Shown: positions 38,710-49,644 of the stretch, piece by piece | Position numbering within the stretch: position 1 is the stretch's first letter | Layout of the letters: each line of letters opens with the position of its first letter | DNA from: Candidatus Latescibacterota bacterium | GTDB lineage: Bacteria > Latescibacterota > UBA2968 | Length of the DNA: 64,000 nucleotides | Direction: 5' to 3' | Assembly (NCBI GenBank): GCA_965204745.1 | Contig: OZ242010.1 | Span: forward strand, 4,224,001-4,288,000 | Program-made: the position numbers and the translations under genes | Notes under the pieces: generated by a model | Database searches by the model: none | The model's input: the letters and a program-made list of their open reading frames with translations, nothing else | Told to the model about the DNA's origin: nothing

Positions 38710-39082
38710 GGCGAAAAACTTTCTCCAAAAAACTGCGGCGATTTTTCATATACGGCGTGATATTGTCTCCATATTCCCGAATCGTCTGGAGTTCATCACT
38801 GGCGTTTGTCATAAGATTGTGCAACGACGCCATCCAGTTGTCATTGCTACCGGCAATGATACTGTGATCAGCCTCAAAATACGCGGCCCACGAACCGTCA
38901 CCAAACCCTTCGAGCACGATGGGCCACTGCCCAGAGGGCAAGGGCAACTTGAATTGCAAACAAAAAAGCGGGTCATCGGAGGATGGATCTTCTCGCGTTG
39001 CCTCCGTAGAGTTGAACGTCAAGAGATCATCCGTGAGGACGACATGACCTGTTACAGGACTGTGCAAAGGTTTGAGATCCAT
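38699..39082 (-). CDS. hypothetical protein, putative antitoxin partner
   Basis: acidic 127 aa overlapping the toxin-like gene; AT-richer than flanks. Confidence 0.5.
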   Translation of the reverse strand: MDLKPLHSPVTGHVVLTDDLLTFNSTEATREDPSSDDPLFCLQFKLPLPSGQWPIVLEGFGDGSWAAYFEADHSIIAGSNDNWMASLHNLMTNASDELQTIREYGDNITPYMKNRRSFLEKVFRHEF

Positions 39083-39100
39083 CTCATTTCCTTTCCAAAA

Positions 39101-42100
39101 TCAATCCGCGGCACTGTGGCGATAGGCGGTGTCGCGGGTTGTCGATTCGATCTCCGGCGTGCCAAACCACCGCCAGATCAGGCTGATCAACACCGCACGA
39201 TGACCAGTGTGAGGGCCGTGGCAAATGCGAGCCCAAAGATGACGGCCACGCCCATTGGCCCCCACCACTGGCTGCTGCGCCCCCCAATTTCCCACGAAAA
39301 GGTAAAAAAGTCAAAACTAATGCCGGTGGCAAGGGGCAACAACCCGAGAATGGTGGTCATGGCCGTGAGAATGACGGGGCGAAATCGGACGACGCCTGCG
39401 CGTATGATTGCGTCTCGCGCCGAAAGCCCGCGCTGGCGCAACTGCGCGGTATAGTCGATCAAAACAATCGCGTTGTTGACCACCACGCCCGCAAGGCTGA
39501 TCACGCCAATGCCCGTCATGAGAATCCCAAAAGGCGTTCGCGTGACGATCAGGCCAATCAGCACGCCGATCAAAGACAAGACGACGGACGTGAGAATGGC
39601 AAAGGGCAGGGTCAGGGAATTGAATTGCGTAATCAAAATCAGCGCGATGCCGGCCAAGGCCACGAGAAAGGCTTTGGACAGGAAGGCGATGGCTTTTTGC
39701 TGTTCTTCATTTTCACCCGCATAGCTGATTTGGTAGCCCGGTGGCAAGGGAAAATCGGACAGGGCAGCCTGTACGTCGCGCATCGCCGCATCCGAGGTGC
39801 GGTCTTGAACTTTGCCTTCGATGGCGATCACGCGCTTGAGGTCTTTGCGCCGAATGCTACCAAATCCCCCGCCTGTCTCGATGCGCGCAACCGCGCTGAT
39901 GGGCGTGATTTTGCCGTCTTTTTCGATGGTGATGCGCGCGAGGTCCGCAAGGGTATTGCGCTCGTCCGGCTCGAAGCGCACCCGGATGTCGTATTCGTCT
40001 TCGCCCAGCCGATATTCAGAGGCGTCTGTGCCGTAGATGGCCGAGCGCACCGTAGAGGCGATCAAGCGCGTATTGAGGCCCGTCAGCGCCGCGGCTTCGC
40101 GGTCGACGACGATGCGGATTTCGGGGCGCCCGCGGTCGTAATCGTCTTTGAGATCGACGATGCCGGGCACGTCGGCCACCAGGCGTTTGATGCGCGCGGC
40201 CAATTCGCCCAAAACCTCGAAGTTTTCGCCGGAGACCTCGACGCTGATGGGCGCGCCCACCGGAGGGCCGGCGCGTTCTTTGGTCAACTCGATTTCAGCG
40301 CCGGTCAGGTCTCGGAGTTTGCCGCGGATTTCCTCGATAGTCTCAAAAGAGGATTGCCGGCGCAGGCTTTCGTCGACGAAGTCGATGGAAATGCGACTGG
40401 CGTGGGAAACGCCTTCGCCGCCGGCAAAACCACCTCCACCCGCCACCCCCACGTTGGCGACGTAAGTTTCAACATCGGGCATATCGGCGAGAATGGATTC
40501 GATCTGGCGCGCCAACCCATCCGATGTTTCGAGATTTGTGCCCGACGGGGCGCGCACGTCAATATAGGCGGTATTGGGTTCGATCTCGGGGAAAAATTCG
40601 ATGCCTCGGCCCAAAAAGATGTACGCCACGACCACGAGCATGAGGGCGGTTGTCGCCCCCAACAGGGTTCGCACCGGGAAATGAAGTGCGGTTTCGAGGC
40701 CATGCCGATAGGCGTTGAGCACGCGCTGCTGCGCGGGTTTTTCGACCGGGGCGCGCACGGTCATAAAAGACGCGCAAAAGGTGGGGTTGATAACGAGGCC
40801 CACCAAAAGAGATGAAAACAGGGTGATGATCAAGGTGATGGGCAAATATTTCATAAACTCGCCCATGATTCCGGGCCAGACGATCATGGGGGCAAACGCG
40901 CACAAGGTCGTCAGCGTTGAGGTCACCACGGGCCAAGCGACTTCGCCCGTGCCTTCCAAGGCGCCCCGGAGATGGGATTGGCCTTCTTGCCGGTGGCGGT
41001 AGATATTTTCCACGATGACTATGGCATTGTCCACGAGCATGCCCAAGGCGAGGATCAGGCTAAACAAAACGATCATGTTGAGGGTCATGCCCATCAGTGA
41101 AATCGCGACAAAAGAGATGAGCATGGAAAGGGGAATGGCGATGCCGACAAAAAAGGCATTGCGAACCCCCAAAAAGAAAAAGAGCACCAAAATGACGAGG
41201 ATCAAGCCGGAGACGATATTGTTTTCGAGGTCTTTGACCATCATGCGAATGTCTTCGGATTGATCGCCCAAAATGGTGACCCGCGTGCCCGCGGGCAAGG
41301 TGGGGATCAAGTCGTCGAGCAGGGTTTTGATGTGATCGGCGATGGCGATCAAATTTTCGCCGCTGCGCTTGACGATTTCGAGGCTCACGCTGGGTTTCTG
41401 GTTGAGGCGGGCGAAAGTTGCGCGCTCCTTAAACCCATAGACGACCTCGGCCACATCGCGGATATAGACCGCGCGGCCCTGCCGCGCTTTGATGAGCAGG
41501 TCGCCGATTTGGGAAACGGATTCGAGTTCGCCGGGCACGCGCACGGCGTATTTGTACGCGCCCATAGCCACGCTGCCGCCGGGCAGGGTCAAATTTTCGC
41601 GCCGAATGGCGTCGATCACGTCTTGGATGGCGAGTTTGTACGCGCTGAGGCGGTCGGGGTCCACATCGACTTGGACTTCGCGTTCGAGCCCGCCTGCTAC
41701 GCGCACTTCGAGGATGCCGGGGATGGTCTCAATTTGGTCCGCGAGGTCTTCGGCGATTTTTTTCAGGCGAACGAGGCCGTAATCCCCCGACAATGCGACC
41801 AGCATCATCGGAATATTGGAAAAGTTGATTTCAAAAACAGCGGGATCGTCTGCGTCATCGGGGAGGTCTGGCTTGGCCAAATCGACCTTGTCTTTGACGC
41901 GCTGAAACGCGTCGTCGAGATCGACCTTGGGATGAAATTCGACCGTGATCGACGAGGCGCCCTCGACCGAACTCGAGCGGATCACCTTGACGTTTTCAAT
42001 GCCTTGAAGCTCTTTTTCCAAGGGGCGAGTGACGAGGTTTTCGACATCCTGCGGCGAGGCGCCGATGTACGGCGTGGTGACGATGATAACCGGAATGGCG

Positions 42101-42219
42101 ATATCGGGCGACGCCTCGCGGGGCAGGGACAAATACGCCGAAGTGCCCGCGATGATCAAGATGCCGACAAAAACGTACACGGTCATGCGGTGTTTGAGCG
42201 CGTATGCGGTGATGGTCAT
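39101..42219 (-). CDS. RND efflux permease (AcrB/CusA superfamily), 1-nt frameshift near 39195
   Basis: GMLVDNAIVIVENI, VNNAIVLID, RFRPVILT; last TM continues in another frame (VLISLIWRWF...). Confidence 0.9.
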
Positions 42220-43265
42220 TTGCTCTGTTCCCGGTATTTGACGATCACGTGGTCGCCATCGATGAGGTCTCGCCCCCCTTTGACGACGAGTTGATCCCCG
42301 AAGGACAAGCCCCGTTGGACGACCACGCGGTCGGCTTCTGCCGCGCCTAGCTCGAGGGGTCGTAGCCGTGCGGTATTGCCGTCAACGACAAAGGCCACGG
42401 GCCCGGTTTCGCGTTCGAGAACGGCTTCTCGGGGGATGACGATGACCTCTCGGTAGATGCGCCGCACGGCTTTGAGCGTGCCGATCATGCCGGGGCGGAT
42501 GCGGCCCGTTGGGTTGGGCAGGTGGACTTCGATGGGAAAAACCCGTTGCGCCGGTTCTGCGGCGGGGCCAACCTGCGCGATAGCACCTGCAAATGTCTCG
42601 CGTGGAAGCGCGTCCAAACCAAGGGTGACGCGGCTGCCTTTGCCAAAATCGACGATTTCGCTCTCGGCCACCCAGGCGGCAACGCGCAGGCTATCGGTTT
42701 GCACCAGCCGAAATGCGGCCCCGCCCTGCGCGATTCGTTGCCCCTGCGCGATGTACCGCTTGGCTATCTGCCCGGAAAAAGGCGCGCGAACACGCCCATA
42801 AGCGATGCGATGCGCGAGGGTTTGCGCCGCTGATTTGGCGCGGTGAAAATCGTATTCTGCGGCAAAATGCGCCCGTTCGGAAATCGACCCCTCCGAGAAG
42901 AGTTTTAGACTGCGGTCGTAATTGTAGGTCTGAAATTTGAGATTGGCCTCGGCTTCGATAAACGCGGCTTCCAAAAGCTCTAAATCGAGTTGTGCGAGCA
43001 CATCGCCGCGTGTGACCCCATCCCCCACCTCTTTGTGAATGGCGATGACCACGCCCGATTCGAGGACGCTGAGGGTCACGTCGCGCCAGGCATTTACCGT
43101 AGCCGAGAGGCGGCTGTATTGGACGAGCGAATCGGGTTTGATCGCCAAGGTCGAGACATTGGTGGCGCGCTCGACGATCCCATTCCTTTGCGCGGCAGAG
43201 TCCTCGCCACAACCCACATGGATCAATAGCAACAGGCAGGGGATCAAAAACTTGTGCGACGTCAT
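42216..43265 (-). CDS. RND periplasmic adaptor (MFP)
   Basis: lipoprotein-like signal, VGDGVTRGDVLA, VRAPFSG, IRPGM. Confidence 0.9.
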   Translation of the reverse strand: MTSHKFLIPCLLLLIHVGCGEDSAAQRNGIVERATNVSTLAIKPDSLVQYSRLSATVNAWRDVTLSVLESGVVIAIHKEVGDGVTRGDVLAQLDLELLEAAFIEAEANLKFQTYNYDRSLKLFSEGSISERAHFAAEYDFHRAKSAAQTLAHRIAYGRVRAPFSGQIAKRYIAQGQRIAQGGAAFRLVQTDSLRVAAWVAESEIVDFGKGSRVTLGLDALPRETFAGAIAQVGPAAEPAQRVFPIEVHLPNPTGRIRPGMIGTLKAVRRIYREVIVIPREAVLERETGPVAFVVDGNTARLRPLELGAAEADRVVVQRGLSFGDQLVVKGGRDLIDGDHVIVKYREQSK

Positions 43266-44665
43266 GGGTTATCCTCTGAAACGTTCGGCTCGCCCAAAAT
43301 GCCCGCGCTGCGTTCCAACTGCACGAGGGCGACCGCGAGATCGCGTCGTGCCCGGGCGAGTTCGGCTTCGGCGCGCTGTAAGGTGAGTTGTCCGTCGATG
43401 ACTTCGAGTTGGGTGCCCACGCCGTTTTCATATCGGGATTCGGCGATTTTCATGCCTTGCCGGGCGAGGTCAACGGCCTGTTGCTGCGCCCGTTTTCTGG
43501 CGAGAAGTTCCAGGACATTGCGCCGCGCTCGCACGACGGTGAACCGCACGTCGCGCTCGGTCTGCTTTCGCGCCAACTCGGCGCGCCGCGTGTCGGCACG
43601 GGCTTGGGCCACCCGCGCACGGGTGCGAAAGCCGTCGAAGATGGGGATTTTGAGGGTGACGCCCGAAAACCAACTCTGGCGAAAATCGCCCTTGGCAAAC
43701 TCAAATTCGTTCTTTTGCGCTTGCCACTGTCCATTGACGATCAAATCCAGGGTCGGGCGCGATTCGGATCGGGCAACGGCCTCCGTGCGTTGGCGCATTT
43801 CGACCTCGAGGCGGCGTTGCCGCGCCAGGGGACGCATGCGCGTGGCGAGATCGATCAGGTCTGCCTCGGTGCCGTGGGATAAAAGATCGGGTTTGTCGCG
43901 AAAAGTCCCGTGCGGCGCGATGGGTTCGCCATGATCGAGGCCGATCTGATTTTTGAACGCAAGTGCCGCCAAGACACGCGCATTTTCCGTGCGGATGGAG
44001 TCCGTCCGCAATTCGGCCACCTGCACCTGTGCGCGCAACAAATCGTAATTTGACACGCGCCCGGCCTCGCGCAACTTTTCCACGCGCCCGAAATTTGCCC
44101 GCGCCCGCGCCACGGCCAATTCGCTGACGCGCACGAGTTCCCAAGCCAGCAACAGATCGTAAAAAGCCGTTTCGACCCGCGTGTGTACGTCCTGTTGCAC
44201 AGCGCGCACCTGCTCCGTTGAAAAGGCCGCAACCAGACGCGCAATCCGCAGGCCGGCGAACGATTTCCCCCCGCCGAAAAGGGGTTGTCGGATGCCGATA
44301 GTACCGCTGAGGTTGTTGTGCGCGCCCACGGTAAATTGTTGTTGGCCCGCTGGTGTGTCAAAGAAAAAGGTGGGCAACAAATAGTTGCGCGTGTACTGCA
44401 AGGTAAGATCGAATTGGGGGAGAAAATCGGCCATGCCTTCGCGGATCTGGAGGCGCGAGTTGTGCAGGTCTTCACGCGCGATTTGCAGATCTTCATTGTG
44501 CGATAGCGCGTGCTGCAAACTCTCTTCGAGCGTCAGGGGGCGGGAATGGGCTTTGGGAAGCCCGAAAGCGAGAATCAGAAGCCCGATGCGATACAGGCAT
44601 CGGCAAACAAAAATGTATGTCATCGGCATTTGGAGAGGTTGGGATTTACGGATGTCGGCATCCAT
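43262..44665 (-). CDS. TolC-family outer membrane channel (start uncertain)
   Basis: LTLEESLQHAL, AFYDLLLA, LKIPIFDG, RYENGVGTQLEV. Confidence 0.9.
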   Translation of the reverse strand: MDADIRKSQPLQMPMTYIFVCRCLYRIGLLILAFGLPKAHSRPLTLEESLQHALSHNEDLQIAREDLHNSRLQIREGMADFLPQFDLTLQYTRNYLLPTFFFDTPAGQQQFTVGAHNNLSGTIGIRQPLFGGGKSFAGLRIARLVAAFSTEQVRAVQQDVHTRVETAFYDLLLAWELVRVSELAVARARANFGRVEKLREAGRVSNYDLLRAQVQVAELRTDSIRTENARVLAALAFKNQIGLDHGEPIAPHGTFRDKPDLLSHGTEADLIDLATRMRPLARQRRLEVEMRQRTEAVARSESRPTLDLIVNGQWQAQKNEFEFAKGDFRQSWFSGVTLKIPIFDGFRTRARVAQARADTRRAELARKQTERDVRFTVVRARRNVLELLARKRAQQQAVDLARQGMKIAESRYENGVGTQLEVIDGQLTLQRAEAELARARRDLAVALVQLERSAGILGEPNVSEDNP

Positions 44666-45518
44666 GCGAGCATAGTCTGTCTGCCAGGGTCAGCGCTTGG
44701 GCGGTTTCTGCGACATCGTGGACCCTCACCATGTGTACGCCTGCGAGGGCGGCGACAGTGGCGGCGGCAAGGCTACCCGCCAAGCGGTGGCGCGGATGGT
44801 CTTGCGGCGCGGTGAACTGCTTGCGCGATGGCCCGATGAGAACCGGGTATCCCAAGGCGTGGAACTCGGGCAATCGGCCGAGGAGGGCGATATTGTGCGC
44901 GTACGCCTTGCCAAACCCCAACCCCGGATCGACTGCGATCTGCGACCGCGCAATGCCTATCGCTATCGCCTCGTCGATTCGCGCCCGCAAAAAATTGGAC
45001 ACATCGACCACCACATCCTCGTAAACCGGATTTTGCTGCATGGTCGCGGGCGTGCCTCGCATGTGCATTAGAATAATCGCGGCTCCCGTGTCTGCGATCA
45101 ACTCGCCCATGCGGGCGTCAAATCTAATGTCGTTGACAATCGTCGCGCCGCTGTCGATGGCCTGCCGCGCGACGGCGGCTTTGGTCGTATCTATCGAAAT
45201 GGGAATGTCGATTTGCGGCGCAATCGCTTTGATAATGGGCAGGATGCGATCCAATTCTTCTCGTGTAGAAACCGGGGCCGCCCCTTTGCCATAAGGCCCG
45301 GCCGGGCGCGAGGATTCGCCCCCAATGTCGATGATGTCGGCCCCTGCTTCGACCAATGCGAGCGCGCGATCAATCGCTTTGCCCGATTCGCAATAAAGGC
45401 CCCCGTCCGAGAACGAATCCGGCGTGACATTGAGCACGCCCATAATCAGCGTGCGCTGACCGAGCGAGAGGGACGCGCCGCAATGGGAAAGTCGGTATGT
45501 GGGACGGAGGTGTTTCAT
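44646..45518 (-). CDS. folP: dihydropteroate synthase
   Basis: MGVLNVTPDSFSDGG, DIGGESSRP, ISIDT, DPGLGFGK, GPSRK, VRVHDV. Confidence 0.96.
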   Translation of the reverse strand: MKHLRPTYRLSHCGASLSLGQRTLIMGVLNVTPDSFSDGGLYCESGKAIDRALALVEAGADIIDIGGESSRPAGPYGKGAAPVSTREELDRILPIIKAIAPQIDIPISIDTTKAAVARQAIDSGATIVNDIRFDARMGELIADTGAAIILMHMRGTPATMQQNPVYEDVVVDVSNFLRARIDEAIAIGIARSQIAVDPGLGFGKAYAHNIALLGRLPEFHALGYPVLIGPSRKQFTAPQDHPRHRLAGSLAAATVAALAGVHMVRVHDVAETAQALTLADRLCSHGCRHP

Positions 45519-45551
45519 AAAATAAAAAGAGATGGCAACCGCCATCTCTTT
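45519..45551 (-). terminator. terminator-like hairpin between ftsH and folP
   Basis: AAAGAGATGGC-loop-GCCATCTCTTT followed by a T-rich tract on minus. Confidence 0.65.
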
Positions 45552-45564
45552 GAGAAGGGGAAGA

Positions 45565-47730
45565 TCAGTCGCCCGATGGCTGTTTTTCTGTTTTCGAGGC
45601 GTCCGTGGCCTCCTCAACTGACGGGGGTTCGTTTTCAGCGGGGGGCGTCTCTGTCGCGTCGGGGCCTTCTTTGGCGCGTCCGTTTGGCGCGGGTTTTTCG
45701 AGCTCCTCGCCCGCCAATAAGTGATCGAGTTGCACGTCGTCTAACGTTTCGTGCTCGAGCAGTGCCGCGGCCAAGCGGTGAACCTCGTCGATATTGTCGC
45801 TGAGCAACTGCTCGGCGCGCGACTCGGCTTTGAGCACGAAACTCTTGATCTCCTCATCGATCATTTCGGCGACCCTGTCGCTGTGATCGCGCCGCTGTGC
45901 CATTTCGCGTCCGAGAAAAATCTCGTCATTTTCCTGCCCGTAAGCAATGGGGCCGAGTTTTGGACTCATGCCCCAATCGCAAACCATCTGCCGCGCGATA
46001 TTGGTCACCGTGCGGTAGTCCTGTTGCCCCCCGGTCGTGATCTCGCCGAAGACGAGCTTTTCCGCAATTCGCCCGCCGAGCGCGTACGCCAAGACCGCCT
46101 CGCAATAACTCTGCGGATAGGTGTGCCGCTCGTCAATCGGCAAGGTGTGCGTCACGCCGAGCGCCCGCCCGCGCGGAATGATCGTCACTTTGTGCAGGGG
46201 GTCGCATTCCGGGATGAGCTTGGCAACGAGTGCATGCCCGATCTCGTGATAGGACGTGAGGCGTTTTTCCTTCTCGGAAATGACCATGCTACGCCGCTCT
46301 GCGCCCATCATCACCTTGTCCTTGGCATCTTCAAAGTCGCCCATCGTCACGCGGTCGCGGTTGTTTCTCGACGCCAAAAGCGCGGCTTCGTTGACCAGAT
46401 TGGCGAGGTCCGCCCCTGACAGGCCGGGGGTGCTGCGCGCGAGCACCTGCAAATTGACGTCGTCCGAAAGCGGCGTGTTGCGGGTGTGAACCTTCAAAAT
46501 GCCCTCGCGCCCGCGCACATCCGGGCGATCCACCACAACTTGGCGGTCAAACCGCCCGGGGCGCAACAGCGCGGGATCGAGCACGTCCGGGCGATTGGTG
46601 GCCGCGATGAGAATGAGACCCTCTTTGGATTCAAAACCATCCATTTCGACGAGGAGTTGATTGAGGGTTTGCTCGCGCTCGTCGTGCCCGCCGCCAATGC
46701 CCGCGCCCCGGTGCCTGCCCACGGCGTCTATCTCGTCGATGAAAATAATGCACGGCGCGTGATTTTTTCCCTGCTCGAAGAGATCGCGCACCCGCGATGC
46801 CCCAACGCCGACGAACATCTCGACAAAATCCGAGCCGCTCATCAAAAAGAAGGGCACGTCCGCTTCGCCCGCAACCGCGCGCGCCATGTGCGTTTTGCCC
46901 GTGCCCGGCGGCCCGACCAAGAGCACGCCTTTGGGAATGCGCCCGCCCAAGCGTTGAAATTTGCGCGGGTCTTTCAAAAACTCGATGATCTCCTGCAATT
47001 CCTGCTTGGCTTCTTCGGCGCCTGCGACGTCTTTGAACGTGATTTGGGTCTTATCTTCCGAGACCAGCTTGGCCTTGCTCTTGCCAAAGCTGAACGCGCC
47101 CTTAGGCCCGCCTTGCATCTGCCGCAAAATAAAAATCCAAAGCCCGATAAACAACAGCCACGGGAGAAAATTGAAAAAGTAATTGAGCCAGTTGGACGGC
47201 TTTTGAAAGCGGAAGTCAACTCCGTAGTTGAGCCACTCTTCGCGGGACGGGGTCTCGGCATCCACCACGCCCAAGTTCACGACAAAATCTTGAAACTTGT
47301 ACTGCTGCGTGCGCCCCGGCCTCGGCGGGGTAAATTCTTCCCCGACCAGGCGACCGTGAAATTCGTTGTCGAGAACAATCGCGCTCTGGATTTTGCCGGC
47401 TTCGAGATAATCTCGGTACTCCTTGTAACTGAGCACGACATCGCTAGAGGGATCGCTGCCGAAAAACTTGGACGCAAAAATCGCCACCAGCAAAAAAAAG
47501 ACCCAGAAAGCCAAGGGCTTTGAAATGCGCCGCCACCGGGGCCGCTCGTCATCATTCGCCTCTCCCTTGCGGTCGGCATTATCCCGCTTGAGCACGGAAA
47601 AATGGGGCCGCCGATCTTTTTTTTCTTCGGGCGCGTCGTCTTTGGGATCTTTGGAATCGCGATCAGGCGTTTCGTCGGACAAAGGCGTTTCTTCATCCGG
47701 TTTCGAATCCCTGTCTTTGGGATCGGTCAT
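45565..47730 (-). CDS. ftsH: ATP-dependent zinc metalloprotease FtsH
   Basis: [26 protein letters not shown]. Confidence 0.98.
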   Translation of the reverse strand: MTDPKDRDSKPDEETPLSDETPDRDSKDPKDDAPEEKKDRRPHFSVLKRDNADRKGEANDDERPRWRRISKPLAFWVFFLLVAIFASKFFGSDPSSDVVLSYKEYRDYLEAGKIQSAIVLDNEFHGRLVGEEFTPPRPGRTQQYKFQDFVVNLGVVDAETPSREEWLNYGVDFRFQKPSNWLNYFFNFLPWLLFIGLWIFILRQMQGGPKGAFSFGKSKAKLVSEDKTQITFKDVAGAEEAKQELQEIIEFLKDPRKFQRLGGRIPKGVLLVGPPGTGKTHMARAVAGEADVPFFLMSGSDFVEMFVGVGASRVRDLFEQGKNHAPCIIFIDEIDAVGRHRGAGIGGGHDEREQTLNQLLVEMDGFESKEGLILIAATNRPDVLDPALLRPGRFDRQVVVDRPDVRGREGILKVHTRNTPLSDDVNLQVLARSTPGLSGADLANLVNEAALLASRNNRDRVTMGDFEDAKDKVMMGAERRSMVISEKEKRLTSYHEIGHALVAKLIPECDPLHKVTIIPRGRALGVTHTLPIDERHTYPQSYCEAVLAYALGGRIAEKLVFGEITTGGQQDYRTVTNIARQMVCDWGMSPKLGPIAYGQENDEIFLGREMAQRRDHSDRVAEMIDEEIKSFVLKAESRAEQLLSDNIDEVHRLAAALLEHETLDDVQLDHLLAGEELEKPAPNGRAKEGPDATETPPAENEPPSVEEATDASKTEKQPSGD

Positions 47731-47743
47731 GAATGCCTCTTTT

Positions 47744-49144
47744 TTAGTGTGTGATGGTCGATAGCAGGCCACCGCAAAATGTGGCTTTGAGCACGCGCCG
47801 AGTTCCCGATGTGACCGGGGCGATTCGCGCTCGTCTCAGGCCGACGACCCATAAAATCGTCTCGCCGCTGACCAGCAGGGGCATCTCGCCGCGCAAGGGC
47901 CGGGGAATTTTGCTGTCGCCGAGCAACCTGCTCACTTTCTTTTTTCCGTGCATGCCAAAGGGGTAAAACCAGTCGCCGGGCCGGGGTGAACGGAGATGTA
48001 GCGCGTTGTGAGGAAGTCGATCCAAGTCGAAAAAGGCGGTGTGATCCCCTGCGTTTTGCAAGCGTGCAGAATCGACATGTTCCAAAATGTTCACAGAGAA
48101 TTTGCCGTTGATGTGAAGGGCAATGCCGGGTTTGACCAGCAGGTTATACGCCCGTGATGGATGGGCGATGATGAGCGCGTCGCCCGTGCGATGAGCGGAA
48201 ATTTCCGGCGTGATTTGAACGCTGTGCCCAAAAGAAATGTCGAGAATGCGTTCGACAACGCGGAAACCGATGGCGTTTGCACGCGCCCGCAGGGCAAAGA
48301 GTGCCAGCCGAATCAGGCGCCGCCGAAGGGATATATGATAACCGAAAAAACGCCCGATATCAAGGATAATTTTTCGCTCGTCGCGGTGCAACAGGGCTTC
48401 TGAAAACGCTTGTTGTGCAAGGTGTTCGAGATGCGCGTCGTCATCTTGCAACAGGGTTGCCGCGCGTGCGAGAACGCGCTCGATTTGAGGGTTGTAAGCA
48501 CTTTGCAACTGGGGGATCAAGTCTGCGCGAATGCGGTTGCGTAGGAATTTGGGGTCGCGATTGGTCTCATCGTACCGCACCTGCAACTTGCGCGCGCGCA
48601 CGTACTCTTCGATTTCCGACCGGGAAAATGCGAGCATGGGGCGAATCCAACACCCTTGTGACATGGGGCGAATCCCGCCCAAGCCCGTCAGCCCTGCACC
48701 GCGAACGAGGCGCGACAACACGGTCTCTGCTTGGTCGCTCTGCGTGTGCCCCAGCGCGATGCGATGCGCGCCGGTTTGTCGCTTTACCGCGCGGAGAAAG
48801 GCCCGTCGCGCGTCGCGTGCCGCTTCCTCGATTGATCGCTTGTTCTCCTTTGCTCGCCGCGCCACATCTTCCTTTTGGATATACACCGGATAGCTTTGGG
48901 CGATCCGGTTGACAAACGCCGCGTCCGCATCCGCATCGGGCCGCAGTTGGTGGTTGAGATGCGCCACGTAAAGCGCGAGTCGCCACGTCGCCTCGAGCCG
49001 GCAGAGCAGGTCGAATAAGGTCATAGAGTCCGGCCCGCCGGATAGGGCGACGACCACCCCATCCCCCGGCGCGATCAGGCGTTCTTTTTGGATATACGCT
49101 TCAACGCGGGGCAACAGATCAAACATGTGGTCTTTCAAATTCAT
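47744..49144 (-). CDS. tilS: tRNA(Ile)-lysidine synthase
   Basis: [30 protein letters not shown]. Confidence 0.96.
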   Translation of the reverse strand: MNLKDHMFDLLPRVEAYIQKERLIAPGDGVVVALSGGPDSMTLFDLLCRLEATWRLALYVAHLNHQLRPDADADAAFVNRIAQSYPVYIQKEDVARRAKENKRSIEEAARDARRAFLRAVKRQTGAHRIALGHTQSDQAETVLSRLVRGAGLTGLGGIRPMSQGCWIRPMLAFSRSEIEEYVRARKLQVRYDETNRDPKFLRNRIRADLIPQLQSAYNPQIERVLARAATLLQDDDAHLEHLAQQAFSEALLHRDERKIILDIGRFFGYHISLRRRLIRLALFALRARANAIGFRVVERILDISFGHSVQITPEISAHRTGDALIIAHPSRAYNLLVKPGIALHINGKFSVNILEHVDSARLQNAGDHTAFFDLDRLPHNALHLRSPRPGDWFYPFGMHGKKKVSRLLGDSKIPRPLRGEMPLLVSGETILWVVGLRRARIAPVTSGTRRVLKATFCGGLLSTITH

Positions 49145-49215
49145 TGCAAAAATTAGACGCCCGGATAGGGGTTGGGGTTTCCCGTATTGAAGTGGTCAGT
49201 GGTCAGTAGTCAGTA

Positions 49216-49612
49216 GGTCGTGTTGACATTTTATTTTTTCACGTTACGCACAGAGTAGCAACTGTGTTGCTTGCTGATTTAAGGCGTTTGGTCCTTTGAT
49301 GGCTTAGGTTGCTCTGATGGCGTTGCGCGAGGGGACCTATCCCCCGGCCCCTTTCCTACGAGGAAAGGGGAGTAAAGTTCCTTTGATGGCTTATCGCTCT
49401 GGTTGATCTGATGGCGTTGCGCGAGGGCATAAAGCGATTAGAAATCCCTCATCAATCCCCTCGCAAAACCGCTCACAGTTCCCCCCTTCCTCGCAGGAAG
49501 GGGGGTTAGGGGGGTAGGTCCCGATAAGGAGCGATTGTCCGAGTTTCTCAAACCGAGAGCCTATTCTGCGATAGGGCTTGGTTTTTTTGCTAAACCGCTC
49601 AAGCCAGTTGCA
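49216..49612 (-). mobile_element. IS427-type MITE copy retaining one TIR
   Basis: TA-GGTCGTGTTGACATTT at 49214-49231; reverse complement of 36088-36517; abuts an AGT(G/A)GTC heptamer run. Confidence 0.8.
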
Positions 49613-49644
49613 GGGCGCGTAGGCGCGTGGGGATTGTTTCTTCC

